A program made the translations under genes and the position numbers. Shown here piece by piece: positions 59,038 to 64,000 of a stretch of 64,000 bases of DNA; within the stretch, counting starts at the first letter, position 1, and the number at the start of each line of letters is the position of its first letter. Source of the DNA: Desulfatiglandales bacterium (GTDB lineage: Bacteria > Desulfobacterota > DSM-4660 > Desulfatiglandales > Desulfatiglandaceae). The notes under the pieces are model-generated. The model saw only the letters and a program-made list of their open reading frames with translations. It had not been told where the DNA came from and did no database searches. The stretch is from NCBI GenBank assembly GCA_963666345.1, contig OY762721.1, forward strand, positions 1,664,001 to 1,728,000, read 5' to 3'.

Positions 59038-60770
59038 CTACTCCTCAGAGCGAAGCGCCTCTGCAAGCGCTATCTCGAGATCACACTGCAGGCACCTTCC
59101 CGCCTCCGCCCTTGCCTGTTTATCACCATAACAGAGATCGACCTCGGCAAAGCCACTTCTCTCTGAAACCGGAAGCGAAGGCACACGCTCCCGCCTCATA
59201 TCGGCGAAACCTTCCACCCTTTTCCCTGTGTATGAAAGAGCCTCATCCGCATTTTTCTCTTTGGATTCCATTTCACCATCACCCCCGAGATACCTGTCAA
59301 CGGCCGAGGCGGCCCTTTTCCCCGATGCCACGGCTTGAACCACGGTCCCTGGTCCTGAGGCGGCGTCACCTCCCGCAAATACTCCCGGAATCCCTGTTTC
59401 CGACGTTTCCTCATTCACACCGATGAGATCCCCCTTGATATCAATGCCTACCCCCTCAAGAAAGGAAAGTTCACTTGTCTGGCCTATCGCCAGGATTACC
59501 TGATCGGTTTCGACCCTCTTTTTTGTATCGTCAAAGGCGGGGCAGAAATTTCCTTTTCATCAAAGACGGATGAACAGCGGACAAGTTCCACACCTGTTAT
59601 CTGTCCTCCGGCCGACATGATTTCACTCGGGCCCCATGACGGCAGAAGGCCTACCCCCTCTTCAAGCGCCATCTCAATCTCCCGGGGGTTTGCAGGCATC
59701 TCTTCCCTGCTCTCCAGGCATGCCATTACGACCTCTTTGGCACCCAGCCTGAGGCAGGTCATTGCTACGTCAACAGCCACATTGCCTCCTCCAACGACCA
59801 GAACCCTCTCTTTCAGTCCCAGGGATTCAGCTTCGCTCGCGGCGATAAGAAAATCCATACCCCAATGTACACCCTTAAGATCCGATCCCTTAAGAGGGAT
59901 CTTCCTGCTCGACCATAGCCCTGTTGCGATAAACACCGCGTCAAAACCCCTTTTCAGTTCCCGGATCCCGAAATCCACCCCCAGTCTCCTGCCCGCATTC
60001 AATTCGATACCCATATCAAGGAGCTGAGCTATCTCTGTTTCCAGGATATCCTCTGGAAGCCTGTAAAAGGGGATACCGTATCTCATCATGCCGCCCGGTT
60101 TCGGCTTTGCCTCGAATATCACTACCCTGTGGCCCTTTTTTCTCAGGTAAAAGGCCGCAGTCAGTCCTGCCGGCCCCGCACCTATAACGGCGACCTTTTT
60201 ACCGGTGTCTTTTCCGGCACCCGGCATATCGCGCAAATCTCCCGCATTGTCGGCCGCGAACCTCTTTAGCGCGCATATTGATACCGGTTCATTGACCTCG
60301 CCTCTTCTGCACATATCCTCACATGGATGAGTACATACCCTGCCGAGTATGCCGGGAAAAGGAACGCTTTCAAGTATAAGCCTGTACGCCTCATCATTTC
60401 TTCCCGCCGCAATATGCCTCAGGTATCCCGGCACATCCACACCCGCCGGACATGCCTCGATACAGGGAGGCGATTTGGGCCTGAACCCTTCCGGGGACAG
60501 TGCCCTCAGGGGTCTTATGACCTCCAGTATGGATACCCCGTTCGGGCAGACTCCTTCACATCTTCCGCAGGCAGTACAATTCCAGGGCTGGGGAGTGTCT
60601 GAAATCTCCTCTGCCAGTCCCAGTTCCACGTACCTCAAAAGCCTCCTGACATTGAACCCGTCGACACCTGTTATGGGGCAGGCGGAGCTGCACAGGCCGC
60701 ACTGCTCACAAGTACTGAACATATGTGCCTGTGAAAAAAGGCTTTCAGCCGGTCCGGTATTCATTTTCAT
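59038..60770 (-). pseudogene. HdrC-like ferredoxin fused to a GltD/SudA-like FAD/NAD(P)H oxidoreductase, split by a -1 frameshift near 59553
   Basis: CxxCxxCxxxCP x2, CIEACP, GRVCTHPCE..C, GAGPAG and GGGNVA motifs; after the shift FDEKGNFCPAF..DQVILAIGQ..GVFAGGD..RCLQC. Confidence 0.85.
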
Positions 60771-60823
60771 CTCTATCGAACTCCTCTTAAGGGAATCTCT
60801 TAAAATTACTGGCACCTCGAATC

Positions 60824-62941
60824 TTAAAGCTTCAATTCCTCGACCATCCGGCGCATGGTATTGGCAAACTTGGGTCCGTCAGCGGCGGAGCACCATACAT
60901 TCCAGAGCCTCTCCGGGTCGTACCCCTTTTTGGCCAGCTTTCTCTTTGCCCTGTCGACCCTCTTTTCAGCGGCATAGTTGCCCGATATATAGTGGCACGT
61001 GGGAAACTCGCATCCCGCAACCAAAACCCCTGCCGCACCCAGATCAAAGGCCCTTTCGATCATTTTTATTGAAATGCGGGCGGAACACATCACCCTTATC
61101 AAACGGGCGTTGGGGGGGTACTGGAGCCTGCTAACCCCTGCCATGTCCACACCGCCGAGGGCACACCAGTGACATACGAATCCTACAATCTTCTTTTCAG
61201 GATTCTCTTCAAGTGCCGCTTCAACCTGAGCCAGTATCTGTTCATCCGAATAGTGAATAATGGTAATGCATTCCTTCGGACAATCAGCGGCGCACAGACC
61301 GCATCCCTTACAGAGCGCCTTTATGACAACAGGCATTTTATCTTCATTCAACTTTATCGCATTGTAGGGGCATCTCTTGTAACATAGGCCGCATGCATTA
61401 CAGTCCGTAAGATCGATATCGGCCACGATCCCCTCCGCCTCGATAAAACCGTTGTTCATCGGTATGGAGAGCCTCATTGCGGCTCCCATACCCTCCTCGC
61501 AACTGTCCTTTATCCCCTTTGGATTCTTGGCACACCCGCACAGGGCGATGCCGTCGAACGGAAAATCAAGAGGCCCCAGCTTGACATGCCTTTCCTGAAA
61601 GAATCCGTCCGAATTTGAGGATACCTTAAGGTGCCCTTTTATCTGCTCCACCGTGTCGTCACCCCTGAAACCGGTGGTGAGAACAACAAGGTCGGCGGGC
61701 AATCGGAACTGCCGCCCCAGAAGCATGTCGAACACGTTCACGGACAGGTCGCCGTCACTGCCGCTCACTTCGGGATAATCGCCGTCCGGGAACCTCAGAA
61801 ATTTGACGCCCGCCTCTTTGGCCGCGTCAAGCTGGAAATGCTCCTCCTTGACCATGCTCAAATCCCTGTAAAGGATGAAGACATTCACCTTGCTGTTAAG
61901 TCCCTTTATTGCCATGGCGTTTTTTACCGAAACCGGGCATCCTATGTTGCAGCAACCTCTGGAACCATTCTTTGAATTAACGCAGTTGATCACCACCACG
62001 TTTGTTATTTCCGAATCAACCCCGGAAATATTAAGGGAGTATTCACCTGCCTCATGATCAACTTCCCCTGCATCGGCCCGCCACTTCCTGATAATTTCTT
62101 CGAGCTGTAACTGGGTCACCACCCTGCTGTCTTTTCCGTACAGGAATTCCTCGGGGGGGTCGATCTCCTGCATTCCGGTCGCCACCACAACGGTTGAGAC
62201 TTCTACCTGCCGGGGCTCCCCGCCCACCTTCAGGCCCACCTTATAGTTACCAATATAACCTTCAACCGAATCGATCTCCGTGTCGGTATAGACGACGATA
62301 TGAGGGTGAGAGGTAACCTGCTCCACTTTTTTGGCCAGCAGCAGCGAGGAATCCATGCTTTCCCTGCCGTGAGAAACGGAACAGACCCTGTTAAGGAGCC
62401 CTCCCAGTTCATTTTTCTTTTCAACAATAATGCTTTTGAATCCCTGATCGGCCAGATTAACGGCCGCGGTCATTCCTGACATGCCCCCCCCGATTATCAG
62501 GCATTCTCTGCCTACCGGCAGTCTTATCTCCTCTCCTTCTTCAAGAAGGACGGCCTTTGCCACACCCATCTTGACCAGATCCTTTGCCTTTTCGGTAGCG
62601 GCATCCGGTTGTTTCATATGAACCCATGAGACCTGCTCCCTTATACTTACAAACTCAAGAAGGTAGGGGTTGAGGCCCGCCTCCTTTACCGTGGCCTTAA
62701 AAAGAGGTTCATGTGTCCTCGGGGTACAGGATGCTATTACAACCCTGTTAATATCGTGCTCCTTGATCGAATCCCTCATATCGGAAAGCGCGTCCACGGA
62801 ACAGGACCATTTCCCCTCATCCGCGAAAGCAACCATATCAAGGCCCTTTGCGTACTCGACTACATCGGGAACATTTACGACTCCCGCTATATTGGAGCCG
62901 CAGTCACAGACAAAAACTCCGACCCTTATTTCATCATTCAT
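60824..62941 (-). CDS. hdrA: HdrA-like flavo-iron-sulfur protein fused to MvhD (QmoB-like architecture)
   Basis: GVFVCDCGSNI, ASCTPRTHE, IREQ..WVH, GGGMSG, 2x[4Fe-4S], C-terminal MvhD (FVCHWC, RVMCSAR, GCEFPTCHY); ATGA overlap with the upstream gene. Confidence 0.9.
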   Translation of the reverse strand: MNDEIRVGVFVCDCGSNIAGVVNVPDVVEYAKGLDMVAFADEGKWSCSVDALSDMRDSIKEHDINRVVIASCTPRTHEPLFKATVKEAGLNPYLLEFVSIREQVSWVHMKQPDAATEKAKDLVKMGVAKAVLLEEGEEIRLPVGRECLIIGGGMSGMTAAVNLADQGFKSIIVEKKNELGGLLNRVCSVSHGRESMDSSLLLAKKVEQVTSHPHIVVYTDTEIDSVEGYIGNYKVGLKVGGEPRQVEVSTVVVATGMQEIDPPEEFLYGKDSRVVTQLQLEEIIRKWRADAGEVDHEAGEYSLNISGVDSEITNVVVINCVNSKNGSRGCCNIGCPVSVKNAMAIKGLNSKVNVFILYRDLSMVKEEHFQLDAAKEAGVKFLRFPDGDYPEVSGSDGDLSVNVFDMLLGRQFRLPADLVVLTTGFRGDDTVEQIKGHLKVSSNSDGFFQERHVKLGPLDFPFDGIALCGCAKNPKGIKDSCEEGMGAAMRLSIPMNNGFIEAEGIVADIDLTDCNACGLCYKRCPYNAIKLNEDKMPVVIKALCKGCGLCAADCPKECITIIHYSDEQILAQVEAALEENPEKKIVGFVCHWCALGGVDMAGVSRLQYPPNARLIRVMCSARISIKMIERAFDLGAAGVLVAGCEFPTCHYISGNYAAEKRVDRAKRKLAKKGYDPERLWNVWCSAADGPKFANTMRRMVEELKL

Positions 62942-64000
62942 TTCACGTCCCTCACCTGGTTTCTTACAACCGCCTTCATACCGGCTGCGCAGGCCTGAAC
63001 CACGGACTCCGAGATATCGATAGGCCCGGTTGCTCCCCCGCACAGATAGATTCCTTCCACCGCCGTCTCAAGAGGAGACACCAGAGGGTCCTTTTCCTTG
63101 AAAAACCCCAGCTCGTCCAGTTCGATCCTCAACACCTTGGCAAGTCTTTCGTTCCGGTCATTCGGCACAAGACCCATGGAAAGCACAAGAAGATCAAATT
63201 CTTCCTCAACGATTTCTCCCGTCTCCAGGCTTTCATACCTGAGAATCAGGTTTTTTGTTTCCTTTTCTTCAATAACATCAAAAGGCCTTGCCCTTACATA
63301 TCTGACCCCGTTGTCGAGCGCTTTTTCATAAAAAGCCCAGAAGCCTTTTCCGTAGGCCTTGAGATCATTATAAAAAATTGTGGCCCCTACCGACGAATCA
63401 TGCTCCTTGGTGATAATCGTCTGCTTTGCGGCAATCATGCAGCATACCTTCGAGCAGTAGGGCAGCCCTGTTTCAAGCCCCCTTCCGGCGCATTGAATCC
63501 ATGCTATCCGGTGGGCATGACTTTTATCGGAGGGCCTTATTATCCGGCCTGCCGTGGGACCCCCGGCATTCATCAACCTTTCGAACTGCAGATTGGTTAT
63601 GACATTTTCATGTTCACCATACCCGTATAGCCCCGGAGCGGGCTGAGCCGAAGCGATACCTGAGGCGACCACTATGCTTTGTACTTCCAGGTTAAGATTT
63701 CTGTTCGACTGCCAGAGTCGCACCGCATCCTTTCCCTCCTCCTGACAGGCCTTGACACAAAGGGCGATCGGGCACTCCCGGCACTGACTGCAATCCACAA
63801 CGCAGCCTCCCACGCAGGCTCCCTGCTCTCTCATATTACCGTAGCGACAATCGGGGTCTATTACCGCGACATTGGGTACGGCCTGAGGAAAAGGCATATA
63901 GATGAGTTTTCTCATACCTCCTATCTTGCCGTCCATTTCGTCCGGTATGCTGACCGGGCAGGCCTCCATGCAGGCGCCGCATCCAGTACACTTTTCCTCG
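62938..64000 (-). CDS. hdrA: HdrA-like protein, 3' part (start outside window)
   Basis: EKCTGCGACMEACP, PFPQAVP, QFERLMNAGGPT.G, WIQCAGR..YCSKVCC and GPIDISESV motifs. Confidence 0.9.
   Translation of the reverse strand, partial: EEKCTGCGACMEACPVSIPDEMDGKIGGMRKLIYMPFPQAVPNVAVIDPDCRYGNMREQGACVGGCVVDCSQCRECPIALCVKACQEEGKDAVRLWQSNRNLNLEVQSIVVASGIASAQPAPGLYGYGEHENVITNLQFERLMNAGGPTAGRIIRPSDKSHAHRIAWIQCAGRGLETGLPYCSKVCCMIAAKQTIITKEHDSSVGATIFYNDLKAYGKGFWAFYEKALDNGVRYVRARPFDVIEEKETKNLILRYESLETGEIVEEEFDLLVLSMGLVPNDRNERLAKVLRIELDELGFFKEKDPLVSPLETAVEGIYLCGGATGPIDISESVVQACAAGMKAVVRNQVRDVK

Noticed and set aside
60824..64000. Selenocysteine recoding in HdrA/MvhD
   Set aside because: The frames are open with Cys at the motif positions and no in-frame TGA

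Overview
A 64 kb chromosomal segment of about 50% GC, probably from an anaerobic Desulfobacterota/deltaproteobacterial genome. This is inferred from gene content (HdrA/MvhD, IorAB, TrpB2) and the style of the intergenic repeats. Most of it is housekeeping: phoH-HDIG-ybeY-pdxJ-acpS-CBS-tsaE-lysC; mreBCD-mrdA-rodA; rpmH-rnpA-yidD-yidC-jag-mnmE; a TPP-riboswitch-controlled thiXYZ-type ABC transporter; efp-epmA; rarA; dnaE; nnr; ybaK; csp. There are also metabolic clusters: pyruvoyl arginine decarboxylase + deoxyhypusine-synthase-like + agmatinase; trpB2-iorAB-mocA; and hdrA-hdrA/mvhD-Fd/GltD-like. I saw no tRNA, rRNA, CRISPR array, transposase or integrase. The most unusual signals are: (1) a non-coding 293-bp tandem array after mnmE, part of a modular, dispersed, strongly base-paired repeat family with compensatory stem changes (5 loci, same orientation); (2) further MITE/REP-like families; (3) a ParB/Srx-like segment inserted in the CHASE2 sensor of an adenylate cyclase; (4) a hybrid pseudo-histidine kinase lacking its His, coupled to rarA; (5) a -1 frameshift in the GltD-like gene; (6) an mreD with no canonical start codon. 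All calls come from motif recognition by eye, with no database searches.
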